Shown here: piece after piece, positions 1-16,525 of the stretch | Numbering within the stretch: the stretch's first letter is position 1 | Layout of the letters: each line of letters opens with the position of its first letter | Origin: the human T2T-CHM13v2.0 reference genome, Homo sapiens | Length of the DNA: 64,000 bases | Reading direction: 5' to 3' (one strand) | NCBI RefSeq assembly: GCF_009914755.1 | Contig: NC_060930.1 | Position numbers and translations under genes: made by a program | The notes under the pieces: model-generated | Seen by the model: only the letters and a program-made list of their open reading frames with translations | Told to the model about the DNA's origin: nothing | The model's database searches: none

Positions 1-3635
<3,635 letters not shown>

Positions 3636-3790
3636 AAAACCCCTAACCTACAAGCCTTCAATGAGATTGATTTGAGTAATAACTCCATCTCCCATATGGT
3701 GTAACCAGCGTCATGTCTATTAAATTATTTATTTACTGCAATGCAATGGTCTTTGTGCAGTGTGCAGCAAGAACCTGTTGGGCAGTTACA
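3636..3790 (+). mobile_element. 3' end of an ERV1 LTR (LTR8-family-like) interrupted by the L1PA3
   Basis: gagattgatttgagtaataactccatctccc...tactgcaat...gaacctgttgggcagttaca resembles the LTR8-family U5 and ends in CA. Confidence 0.6.
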
Positions 3791-4533
3791 TTATACAGAC
3801 CAATAAAAAAGACAAGTGTTTCTGTCAAAAACAACTTTCTGAAAGTTTAGGAGAGACCTCAAAAACTCAAGTCCCTGAAATGTACTGTCAAATTGAACAT
3901 AAAATATAGTAAAAAAAAAAAAAAAAAAAAAAAACACTGAGATAATTCTGCAATAATTTCTAAATGTGCACATTTTCAGGAAATTTCTTACAAAAGTCAA
4001 ACTGAATGCAAAACACCAGTGGCTTATGCAAAAGAAGATGTCATAGGAATTTGATTAGTGTTGGCCCAATGCGTTAAGTGACTTTGCATTTACAAATTAG
4101 TGTCTTTATGCTATATTCTTATAATTCTTCAATTTAACCTTCTTTGGATTATCCAACATCAAATTCTAACTGTATTGGGTAAAACCATTGCACTTACATG
4201 CACAAGCATTTGTCGTACCATAGTCGTAACAAGAAGAAGCTGGATTCAAAATTAATGAAATGCCTCTATACCATAACAGTAAAATGATCAGAGTTATATG
4301 CAGTACAAGGAAAATATATCCAAAATAAATTGCTAATTGTAAGCCAAAAAACTTTGTAAAATATTATATAGAACATGTCTCTAATTTTTTATTTGGAGAA
4401 AATGGTGTTCAAATATAGAAGGAAAAAAGAAAATTAAATAGAATAAAAGATTAAAAAAATGAATCGAACTATAAATAGTGGTTTGTCTTGTTCCTATTTT
4501 TCTTTTCTTTTGATGTACTTTACTCTGTAAATA

Positions 4534-4737
4534 TAGCCTGAGTACCCCTTATCCAAAATGTATGGGAACAGAAATGTTTTGGATTTCAGATGTTTTCAGA
4601 TTTTGGAATTTTTGCATTATATGTACTCACTGGTTGAATAAAAGCAAGCAGTATTTTCTCTGGACATTATGTTGAAGCTCAAAAAATTTTGGATTTTGCA
4701 GCATTTCGGATTCTCAGTTTTGGAATGCTAATCTAGT
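4534..4737 (+). mobile_element. Tigger4a/MER46A-like MITE (TcMar DNA transposon)
   Basis: ctgagtaccccttatccaaaatg...ttttggatttcagat...ctcaaaaaattttggattttgcagcatttcggat matches the remembered MER46A pattern. Confidence 0.7.
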
Positions 4738-5292
4738 ATATGATTTATTTTAAAAAATTAATATTGTTTTTAAATAATCCACACCCATTTATAATCCAAC
4801 TTGCCCTTTTTGGTTTTTCTAAAAATGCTTTATACAACAGATATTCTATTTGTGTCAAACTAATGAAATATATTTCAAATAAATGATATTTTCTTTCTCT
4901 ACCCTCTTTGCCTTTGGAGACTAATCCCAGAGCACTAAGTTGTATGGCAGGGATTTAGACTTTAAACAACCTGTCAGTCATTTAAATTGCTGATTAATTT
5001 TGGCTTGGCACCACTTATGATCTTAGATCAAGTGTTTGATGAAATAATCAGTCATCTGTGCCTGCTTTGAAAAATTAGCATGCACGTTTATTTGTCAAAA
5101 TGTCAAAATGAGTCTAATTTTTAAGTACTGTCCTGTGCAGCATATGTCAGCATTTCTCAACATGAAGAGGGTAACTCTCTCCAGGCAACAACCATGATGA
5201 CTCTTGTAGCAAGACCACCTTTGCAAACTTTCCTCACAGATTTTTCATTAGAAAAGTTAGGTAGAGCTAGAGCTACAGACTGGGGGAATTAG

Positions 5293-5612
<320 letters not shown>

Positions 5613-6165
5613 CAAGGTTTTTATCAGTACCCATATTAAAACTAAACTTTTTTTCCTTTTTTGTTTAAAGAAAAAGCTATGGACTTTCATTTATTTCATA
5701 GAGTTATTAAATGGAAAGCAAAGTCTATTCTAGGTGTTGGGAAAATAATCCAGGAGTTATTCCTATGGGAAATGGAGCTGAGCAATTTGAAATCATACCA
5801 ATTCAGTATTTATACATTAATATTTATTGAGATCACTATGTGTGTAAAACTTTATCTCTAAAATTACAGAGAACGACAATGACAGAAGAACACAGAATTG
5901 GCAGTCACAAATTACAGTCAATCAATGTCAAACATCAAGGTATTATTACTTGAAAAGAATGATGTCATTAACCTAAAAACAGTAGGATCTAGGGCTCCAT
6001 TCACACTTTTCTAACAGAAGATAGAATCTACGTTGATACAATGCATTCTTCTAAGAATAGTTCTATCATAAAACTTATATTTTTATTCAACTATATGTCT
6101 GTGGTAAACTAGTAAAAATTTACTGTTCTCTCAATTTTGTTACCTGTGTCTTAAATATCCTTTTC

Positions 6166-6496
6166 TTTTACTTTTTTTTTGTTTTTTATTTTTTTATTTT
6201 TTTTGAGACGGAGTCTCGCTCTGTCGCCCAGGCTGGAGTGCAGTGGTGGGATCTCAGCTCACTGCAGGCTCACTGCAAGCTCCGCCTCCCGGGTTCACGC
6301 CATTCTCCTGCCTCAGCCTCCCGAGTAGCTGGGACTACAGGCGCCCACCACCACGCCCGGCTAATTTTTTGTATTTTTAGTAGAGACAGGGTTTTACCGT
6401 GTTAGCCAAGATGGTCTCGATCTCCTGACCTTGTGATCCACCTGCCTCGGCCTCCCAAAGTGCTGGGATTACAGGCGTGAGCCACCGTGCCCGGCC
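6166..6496 (-). mobile_element. AluY with an internal 11-bp tandem duplication
   Basis: AluY diagnostics; gctcactgcag/gctcactgcaa duplicated near 6257-6278; 15-bp TSD ttaaata(t/c)ccttttc at 6151-6165 and 6497-6511. Confidence 0.95.
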
Positions 6497-6889
6497 TTAA
6501 ATACCCTTTTCATAATAATATATGTAGATAATGTAAAAACAAAGCTAAACAGGAATCATTAATAATTATTTGAAAATAATATGCTTCTGTAGACAAAAAC
6601 AAAAAGAAATACACTTGAAAAGAAATTATCACTCTCTTGATTGGGAAATATAATGTCAATCCCAAAAATAAGAGATAGCCATTTCATAGTTTCTAACTTT
6701 TGCACATTTTATAAGGAAAATAAACATGAAAAAGTTTGCTAAGAATGAATATAAAGAGTTATAAAGTGTCAGCAAGAAGTGACACATAAAGAAGGTTGAT
6801 TCCATAAATAAATATTTATTAAACACCTATTATGCTTCAGATACCTGAATGACCAGTGAATAAGATAGACACTTTCATGAAATTCACTA

Positions 6890-7250
6890 ATGTAAGCATC
6901 AAAAATTACAAATATTCCTCTATGAGTTGTTTTAGCTATATCCCAAAATTTAATATGTGTATTTTTATTATCATCTAGTTTAAATATTTTAGCTTTCCAT
7001 GTAACTTATTACTTTACCCATGATTCTTTAGAAATAATCTGCTTAATTTCCAAATATTTAGAAGTATGTATATATAAGTAATTTTTAATTTTACATATAT
7101 ATGATTTCATAGTGATCAGAAAAGATATTTTGCAGAATTTCAATCCTTTTAAATTTGTTGAGATATTTGTATGGCCCATACCATAGTCTATCTATCTTCA
7201 TAAATGAACCATATACCTTGAACTGCAGTTGCTGAGTGAAAGAATTTGAT
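6890..7250 (-). mobile_element. Old L1M fragment (endonuclease region)
   Basis: ttttagctatatcccaaaattttaatatg...tttcaatccttttaaatttgttgag...atggccca is typical antisense L1M; boundaries approximate. Confidence 0.55.
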
Positions 7251-7854
7251 CGTTAATTGGTTGATGAGGGTGAGGATGAACCAGGGAAATACCACATTTC
7301 TTTTCCTGGATGAGACTGCCACTCACAAAAGTAAAAATCAAACAAATAAAAAACATGCAGAAGTAAGATCAAAAGTGTGAGGTGTGGGTGTTAGTGAATT
7401 TATGGGGCACATAGGAAAGCATGCTAGAGAAGACAAGATGGTAAGCAGAGATCATACATGTCTTGGATATGCTGAATATCAGCCAACTAAGAAACTCAAG
7501 TATGGCCAGTGATAGTTCACTATATATTATAGATACATCATTCAGATGAGAAGTTTAAGACAGCAATATTATAAAAAGTAAAGTCAAGCATATCCAAATG
7601 GGGCTATACATGTTTAAAACAAAACAAAGAATAAAGCAAGGGAAAGGTTATGTTTTCTGGCTCAAATTTAAAAGTTTTGTTTTTACAATTTATATGACAC
7701 TGAGCCATTCTGGCATAATTTTTCTGATCTTTGTCAGTATTGGCATAGAATAGTAAACAACTAAGGGAAAAGAGTTAATACGTCAAGTAAATTCTAATAA
7801 ATTTACAATTTAAACTCAGACAATTATCTGAGTTTAAAAATGTACCTCCAACCT

Positions 7855-7877
7855 ACACACACACACACACCACACAC
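7855..7877. repeat. (CA)n microsatellite, interrupted
   Basis: Seen directly. Confidence 0.85.
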
Positions 7878-8464
7878 AAATACACTTTAAAAAAAATGGC
7901 AAATCTATTTAGCCAGAGCATTATACTTCCAAAGGCTTTCCATTCTAGAGGTATCAAAAAGCAGAACTCCTCTAATGGAGAAGGTCTTTACTCTCAGAAG
8001 AAACAAATAGGGAACTCTGTGAAGGAAGGAGATGTCCACATACCCATCCAGATCAGTCAATCAGCTCGGTGCTTAGTGGAGCACAGAGGTCACAGGTACA
8101 CATCTTCAAGTCCCTTACACAAAGGTTACAGAAACTTATCTTTTTAAAATCATGGCTATAAATAATTTTTCCAGGAAAATAAGAAGGATTAGTCATAGCC
8201 TACTTAAGCAAATATGTTTAAAGGCCTTGAAATCACAAGGCAATTACTCTGGGCTTGGGAATAGTGACATCTAATTAAAACGTTAAATTAAGTTCAGTAG
8301 TGATACCAACTTGTTTACACATTCAAACTAATTTCAGTAAAGTAAATTTAGCCTACAGAGGTCATTTACTTTGGCACCATCCCTTATAATAAAATTATGA
8401 ATGAGATTTTGAGATTAAATGATGACTAGGTAACTCCTCAAATTTCCCATTGAAAGATTCATTG

Positions 8465-8550
8465 AGGGGGAGGAGAGAAGGAGGGGGAGGAGGAGAGGAG
8501 GAGGGAGGGGAAGGAGAAGAGAAGGAAAGGGAGGATGGACAGGTGGATGA
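8465..8550. repeat. Purine-rich (GA/GGA) low-complexity tract
   Basis: About 70 nt of almost pure G/A; explains the ORFs at 8395-8656. Confidence 0.85.
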
Positions 8551-9721
8551 AAACCTGTACACCAAGAAATTGAAACTTCTAACTTCCTTGGCAGGCAGCA
8601 ATATTCATCAATGCCTTGTCAGGCCTCAGAAAAAATTTCCACTAAACAAAGAATAGTTGAGTTCCTGAAAACAACCTAACAGAGCCTTACACATACTCCT
8701 ACCACAGTGATAGAGAACATTCACAGTCCAAAAAGTCCTGGTAGTCAACCTTCATCTACTGCATGCCCCTTTCTAAAGAATTTTTTTTCTTATCTTCATG
8801 GTGAGAGACCTATGCATGCACCAGCTTGAATGTGCTAATCAGTACCAATACTTTGTACTTTTACAACATGAACAGGGCTTATCTTGATCTTTTTGCAAAG
8901 GGAACACCAAAATGTGAATTAAGGAAGAAATTAAAAACAAAAGAAAACTCAGTACCATTTTAGTGTGGAGATTAAGATATTTGGTAAAAGTGTGAAATTA
9001 AATATATTTCTGGGAACTCTGAGGTTGGCGTACTATGTAAAGAGGAGTCACGTGAATCAATGTAGGTAATTCCCCAACACAGAAATAAGTAAACCCAAGG
9101 AGGGATATTGTGCTGAGTTCTCCCCTACTAGTATTTACCAGTGGAGGAAAATAGTATTGCTGATTCCTGAAAGGAAATCAGAGAGCCCTAGGGCAGTATT
9201 AAAGGAAGCTCCATTGAGAGGTTTACTTTCAATGAGCTAGGATGCTAAGATTGGTAATGCACTGAGGCCAAAGAGACATCATGTGACCAGCTATTTGTAA
9301 TAAGCTGGTGTGTTGAGTTGAAGACTACACCTCCAAGGTTGAATGGTCCCCAAGATTTCTCTATTTACTGCCTAAGTTAGAGTCTTTACTGGAAAAACTA
9401 CTACCATCATGCAATCTTACCACATCAACCCCACCTAAAAGTGTGCTTTCCTGTCTGTAGCAGCTGGACTCAGGAAATGCAAGTTTCAGTGAGCAATCTC
9501 AGCCTTCTTCAGTCCGCAAGTCTGGGGGATATCCCCTTTTTCCACTATGGGAAAGAAGAAACTTTAACAAGTTTGGTTCAGGCAGTTACTTGTCAATTCC
9601 CTTACTCTATTTAAATATGATCATCTAATTACATAGTGATAGAATGTTCACTCTTTATATAATATTTATACCTCTTTGAAGATAAATGCATACTCAGTGA
9701 AAGATGACTTCTTGGTCTCTG

Positions 9722-9850
9722 GATATTACCATTCTCCTTAATCAACAGGACTGTATAGCAGGATTGTGTGACTTTCCCGAGTTCAAAATGTTAGTAAGTG
9801 GCAGAGCTGGTATACAAATTCAGATGCAAAAACCCAAATTCTCAACTACA
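9722..9850 (-). mobile_element. MIR fragment
   Basis: gtgactttcccgagttcaaaatgttagtaagtggcagagctggtatacaaattcag resembles the antisense MIR core. Confidence 0.55.
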
Positions 9851-12049
9851 ACTTCAATTATCTTGGCTACCATAGGAATTGGAGTTACAAATAATTCTAA
9901 TATAGTGTTGCATTTTAATCATTTTCGGGCCTTACAAATTTTACATCTTTTCCTACTTGATGCTTTCTTGATCTTAACAAAAACTGTGATAAGCCTTTTT
10001 TAATATATATTTCCACCTTATCTACTACCTTTTTAAAAGTCCCCACATAGAATACTGAGACTAAGAGGGCCTTCAAGTGATACTATTTATCAATATATCC
10101 TAAAATATAAGAATATGTTTCATTTAAACAGATTCAGATACAGAGACTGAATCTTTTCCTATTCAGCAGAAAGTCATATTTTTATTATGTAAGTAAAGTA
10201 TACTTGTGTATTTCTTCTTATACCAGTTTCAATACAAAATATTTGTTCAATGTCAATGCCATCTACACAATACTGTAATCATATGAGAGCCCAACCTCAA
10301 GTAAATTTATGGTGTTTATGGGGTTTGTTTTAGGTTACCAAGTTCCTTAATTCTACACAACTTTCACAGATTTACCTTGCAGGTTGCAGCACTCTCCTTT
10401 ATCCTCACTGATACTTATTTGTTCAGGGCATCCTAAAATTCCAGCCTTATAAGACAGTCAACTGCCAAGAATGAAATGACTTCATGGTAGAGTAATTAAT
10501 GTATATCATTCCTTGTCGAAGATATCCTAAGGGATAGTATTATATAAGGTAGACAAAATGAGTGTGGCCACAATGAGACACGGAGAATGTTTAGGAGACA
10601 GAGTGAAATGTCATGGCTGAATTTTGACAGAGGGATGAAGTTAAGAAAATCCAAAGAATAACTACCTAGAAGTGAAAGCTTTGGGGGACCTCAGATCTCA
10701 AAGACAGAGCATAAAAAATCCAAAGAAGCAATAAGAAAATGAATCCATGACTCATTGAAACAGAACTTTAAAAAGGAAAATAGTTCTACTATAAATATGG
10801 TCAAATTGTGATACAGTGATAAATATATAGGCCACGACAATCTTTAAATGTTTTACTATTACTTGGCAAAGCAAGATATTCTTGTCTTCTTTATTGATTT
10901 GTTTCCCCCCTCCCTAGTTGTAACATTCTTAATCGTACCCACCCATGTTAAATTCTGACCATTGGTTTGATTACAGAAAGAACACTACACTTTTTCTTCC
11001 TTCTGTCTTGCACCATGATCTTATTTATCAGGAAAAGTGATTAGATCTCAGGCAAGTGCAGAAGCGCTCTCAAAAGCAAGAAAAAATTACTCTTTGGCTG
11101 GATTTTTTTCTCTTTCTCTAAGTCACTTTATGTGTCTGAAAAACAAAACAAGTTTTATTGTTAATAAAACACTGGTCAATAAATTCTCGTCTCTCACTTA
11201 AGACCTCCTTGCCCTACTGTGAAAACTATTTTTAATAAGAAGAAGTAAAAACTTGATGTTGGGTTAAATATGTTATTTCCTTTTATTACCAATAGAAGCA
11301 ATATTGGAAGTGAAACTAAACAGCAAATAGCATGATTTGTACTTTTTCATTCCCTTGTAATTCTGAAGACAATTGTCACAGAGGTGGTGTTTTTTCTACT
11401 AAGCAAAACACCTTGACTTGTATAAACTCATTAAGAGGCTGTGAATGATTCAAATAAATTATGTTTTTCAGTGCTAGAAAACATCAATAGCGGGTGAAAG
11501 AGGGAAATAAATGGTTGAGGGTATGCACAAGACTGTCCTGTTCAGGAGGCTGGTGGGTGGTTAGACTCATCATAGAGCATCAGAACTAGAAACAAGGCTG
11601 TCAATAGAGTCAGTAAGTATTTGAATAATATCAAGGGGAAAGGAAAGTAAATCTGTTGTGACAAAGAAAATTCTCTCCAGCCACAGCAGGGATTCATGCA
11701 CATTTAGGGATAGTTCATACCTGGCATGTTTTACTAGAGAACTGCCTCAATTTCATATCCTCCAAGGGATAAGCCCCTTGAGAATCCATGGGTTATTGGA
11801 ACCTCCTAGGTTTTTCTAGGTATTTTTTTCTCAGCCTGCTGCTGGCCTTTTGCTTCTCTGGTACAAATCAGTTCATTCCATCTGTCTCTCTTCTGTCCTT
11901 CTGTATTCAAGCCTTACCTATTTCCCCCAGGGAATGTTCTCCCAAGACAAAGCTTATGAAATCTCAATGACTAAATTTTAAAAGTGGCTTTAACCAAAGA
12001 AAAGCTTTAAAAAGGTGGAGGGGGGTGAGGTGGGAAGGATGAGAAGGAA

Positions 12050-12346
12050 TACAGAGATGAACCATCTGGGGAAAGAAAGAATTTGGAGAATAAAAAGAAA
12101 AAAAGAATAAGAAGTTGTGTAGACATCATGATACACCTTCCCCAAGGGGTCTGGGGACGAGGATATGGCCAAAGGTAATTAACCTTTAGGTTTGAGACTG
12201 AATTCTACTAGTAACCTATTTCTTATCTAAAACTTTAGAAACACTTTATCAAACCTTGTTGGCATTTTTATTAGAATTTCCATATGAAGTAATATATTTC
12301 ATTGTTTAAGACCATTTGAGTGGAGTCTTTAGTTCACTGCAGCTGA
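12050..12346 (+). mobile_element. Old MaLR LTR fragment (MLT1-like)
   Basis: Ends in cattgtttaagaccatttgagtggagtctttagttcactgcagctgaa, resembling MLT1 3' ends; start uncertain. Confidence 0.4.
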
Positions 12347-13814
12347 ATAAAGAAACAAAAAATGTTTTTAAACATATTACAATTTTCCTAACCATTAGTT
12401 AGCAAAAGCAAATCCTACATAAAAAAGAATCAGTGGGTAGCCTGTCAGGCTTCCAGTTCGATTCTTTGAAATTCACTTTTTCCTAATTTCTTCTTCATGT
12501 TGAAGAAAAGAAAAGCTACAATTGTGTCTGTTTAGAGCCTTCTTCTTCACAATTTTAATTGTCCTTCTGACTTGAAGTTTTGCATGGAGAGAGGGAAAAT
12601 TGACCTACTGCCCCGAAAAACGTACTGCTGTGAAATGCTATCTCCTTGGCATGCTCTGGTCATTCTCAATGCTGTTGACAGTTTCTCTTAACTATTTTCA
12701 TTGTAAAATAAACTTCAGTAAACCAGCTGTAGTGCCCCTCTTTGCTGGACCCAAGTGTTCTTAATCCCTAAATTGATACCTTGCTTTCCCCAAGATCTCC
12801 CTAAACAGGGGCCCTCCCGATCAGATTTGGTGATAATTTATACTTCGTAATTTCACTTGACTTACTTTTCCCCATCCCAATCCTCTTAAACCACTTCTCC
12901 AAATGGATCAAGGTCCGTTCCAAACCTGCACCAGAAGCAGCTTCTTCACTTTCCCTTCAGGATCATCTGTTCCCACTATTTTTTCTACAGCAGTTTGAAA
13001 ATATATAATAGTTTAAATCTGTACTATCTCCATTCTTTACTTCAAGACATGTAATATTCTATGGTAACTATGTTAATGACCATCTAGTATATTAAAATGA
13101 GACCCCAACTCAATCTTTCAGCAAATATGTATTGAATACTTCTTGTGTTTTAGACATTATGTTGAAAAGCACTAAATGTTGAAAATACTATTATCTAAAA
13201 TTATGCAAAATCTACCTTTTCATGACAATAATATGGAACGACATAGCTTCAACTATGTGTTATTACCTATATTCAACATAAGATTTGTTAAAATGTGCAG
13301 ACATTACTTGCTTCAGTCATACCTTACTTTCTCTAGTTTGAGATAATTTATTCAATAATTAATGTATTATATTGTGCATAGTTACATATTATTTAGAGCT
13401 AATATTTTTCTTTTCTTAGGAAAGTGGAACACTTTACCCATTAATTTAATGAAACATGTACCTGTTAAAAAGAAGTAAATATTAATCCTATGATAAGCTA
13501 ATCTTCTAAAATATAACGACAAGTATTACATCTCTATAAATATATTATCATCTCTAATATCTGGAGTTTTTTCTTTAAAGATTACAAATTATGTGTTTGC
13601 TGTCTGGACTGCAGAATTTCTAGTATCATAAAAAGTAAAAGCATCATTTCATCACTGCAAATTAGTATCCCTTATTTCTCTGTGAAGGAATTAGGGAAAA
13701 ATAATTAAAGTATGAGAGTGATCAGCATTCAAATGTGAAAAAGAAAATATCCCATAGCATTTTCCCTTTCTTTCCAATTAATCCTTTAACCTAAATTCCT
13801 AGGTTCCATTATGA

Positions 13815-14181
<367 letters not shown>

Positions 14182-14533
14182 CCACACCACATCTTAATTC
14201 CTTGGTCAAGGAAATTATGAGTCACACATACATTTAAAGCAAAATTCAAGGAATCAAAAGAGAAAGGTTTTTATTTTTCTATTACCTACAACTAAGAATG
14301 TAGTAGCTCCTGGTTGTGAGATGTCACATGTTTCTTTGTGGATAGATAATTACAAAAATTATCACTTTGCTTCTGCTGAGAGCTGCCTGCTACCTTAATA
14401 CACAGTGAAGTGAAAGTTTTGTAATTGTCACTATTTTAAAAGGTGATAATTTAAATAGCTACCCAGAGGCATCATGTGATCCTATCAATTGGCAAGATGT
14501 GATACCAGTGCACACCTCAGGATGAATACAGAG

Positions 14534-14547
14534 GTTGTCATGGCAAC
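14534..14547. promoter_or_regulatory. RFX X-box-like palindrome GTTGTCATGGCAAC
   Basis: 13/14 match to the perfect X-box GTTGCCATGGCAAC, in apparently non-repeat DNA; occupancy unknown. Confidence 0.5.
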
Positions 14548-15340
14548 ACTGAAATTTGGGGAACTGCTCTAAAAGCTCCAGTGTTCTTGTGAATCCCAGG
14601 AATGCATGTGAATGTGTGGCTTCTACTTGTATGTCTTACTGACCGACCGCCTGGTCAGACCGTTGTAAGCAAGGTGCAATCAGGTTTACAGCTGTGCCTT
14701 TGGTTCTCCTGGCTTACGGCTCTCTGCTCCTTTGACCCACTGGGGTTTTGCATCACTCCCTTCATCACTATTGCTTTGAGCATTTGGAAAATATGTACCA
14801 TCCAGTCAATATCAAGATGGATTTTTAATTTAAGTTTTAGCAGTAAGAAATTCGAAAAAATATATAACAATTTAACCATCAATGCAGTAAAATCTGGAAT
14901 GCATAAGGAATACAGAAATTGATTCCAATGTTTACTCTAATTGAAAAATAGTTGGCCTCCCCCCACCTTCCCCCAGAGAATGAGGAATACAGGTAAGACA
15001 AATTATTTTACATTCCCATCACATTTTAGAGCTGTGGCCAAAAATGTATTAATTGTTGATCTCACATCTAAACGAATGCATACTTACAAATCAATGTGAA
15101 TGGCCTTGAAAAACAAATATTTAACTTTCTTTGCTCCAAAACAGAAGAGTAAAATACTTCATAGAGGTTCAATTAGCATGACAACATAGTTTATGCACCT
15201 TATTTAATAATTTCTAGCTGTTTCCAGAATAAAATTTTAGAATGCTTATTTAGAGCTTTTGAGATTATTGATCACATTGAATTTCCTTATCAAATATCTC
15301 CCCAAATACTTCCAAACAACAAGCCCTGAATGTTGACTAT

Positions 15341-15430
15341 GAGTAAATGTGTGTGACTACCGTGTTTGATTTTGTTTTATTTATGTCTTCAGAAAACAAA
15401 ATCAAACAAAGTAGTCATACACATTTATTC
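15341..15430. repeat. Inverted repeat: 38-bp arms, 14-nt loop
   Basis: 15341-15378 pairs with 15393-15430 at 34/38 positions. Confidence 0.9.
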
Positions 15431-15958
15431 CAACAAATCTTGTGGCATACAAAGGTATTATACTAAAATATTTGTATTTTACTACATTGTGCAGTAGTTG
15501 ATCCTTATTTGGAGAAGGGAAGACAAGATGCAGACAAATTGGGAAACGTGAACATAAAGGCAAAATAGAGAGGAGCAATGCTTGAGAAACAGCCTGCTAA
15601 GGAGTACAGGGCTGTTGACCATAAGGCCTGGGTGGGGAGTTTCTGGAAATGAGCATAGGGACAGAGGTTTCAACCATATAATGAAAGGCATGGAAGGTTT
15701 TAAGAAAATATGTGATATAATAATATTCGTATCTCTGATGTTTATGTGAAAATAGATTGAAATACAGAAGATCAGAGCTGAGGAGATCAAGCAAAAGAAA
15801 ATGAATAAGGTCAGAGCCAATAGGGATGAAGAAAAGGAAACTTGACTATTACAATTTTGATGAACACTATTTTCCAGGAGCCTAGTACACAGTTTCAAGC
15901 CAACTGCTTTTCAAAACAATGTCTTATTTCACCTGCCCTAGATGCTCCTCAAGCTCTA

Positions 15959-16070
15959 TTATACTCCCCTATTTATAGATGAGGAAACTGAGCATGAAAA
16001 GTAAAAGAATTTCCTCCAAGGTCACACAACAGATAAAGAGATTTTGAATCAAATCTAATTTTGGAGGCAC
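15959..16070 (-). mobile_element. MIR
   Basis: cccctatttatagatgaggaaactgag...ccaaggtcacacaac antisense core. Confidence 0.75.
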
Positions 16071-16434
16071 ACTCATTGAATAACGATAAAGAGGGAGAAG
16101 AGGAAAATGAGTTAATGGTTTTCTTAGCTGCAAATCTAACCTCTAAATCTCTACTTTCTATATTCAGTACCACTTTCATTAAAGTAAAAAAAAGTAATGA
16201 ATTCTTTGCATTGCTTTTAATTAACTTCATAGGATAATAAAGAAATCACAATGCAGTAAAATGGAGATTCATTAACAAGTATTATAATATTATACTATTT
16301 TAGAGTCTGAGAAAGATTCATAAAGTATAATGTTTCTTTCTAATTTTATCTTCTGATTCCAAATACCTAGCACGGTGGACCAGGTGAACACACAATATAT
16401 TGCTTAATGGAGAGGCTTAAATATCAACTATGCC

Positions 16435-16525
16435 AATCTCCTCATTTATAAATGAGTAACCTGAGATCCAGCTTAGTCCTGTGACTTGATAAAGCAGGGC
16501 ATAAAAATCACATCTTCTGACTTCA
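16435..16525 (-). mobile_element. MIR fragment
   Basis: ctcatttataaatgagtaacctgagatccag...gtgacttg. Confidence 0.5.

Noticed and set aside
3911-3934. 24-nt poly-A as the tail of a retrocopy
   Set aside because: No recognisable upstream element or TSD; treated as a simple homopolymer.
8395-8656. Gly/Glu-rich and Pro/Ser-rich ORFs
   Set aside because: Translation of a GA low-complexity tract.
10376-10432. Possible 57-nt minus-strand exon (ttttag|GATGCC...CAAG|gtaaat; one frame reads CPEQISISEDKGECCNLQ)
   Set aside because: Weak polypyrimidine tract, no recognisable protein and no partner exons; expected by chance in 64 kb. RNA-seq junction reads would be needed.
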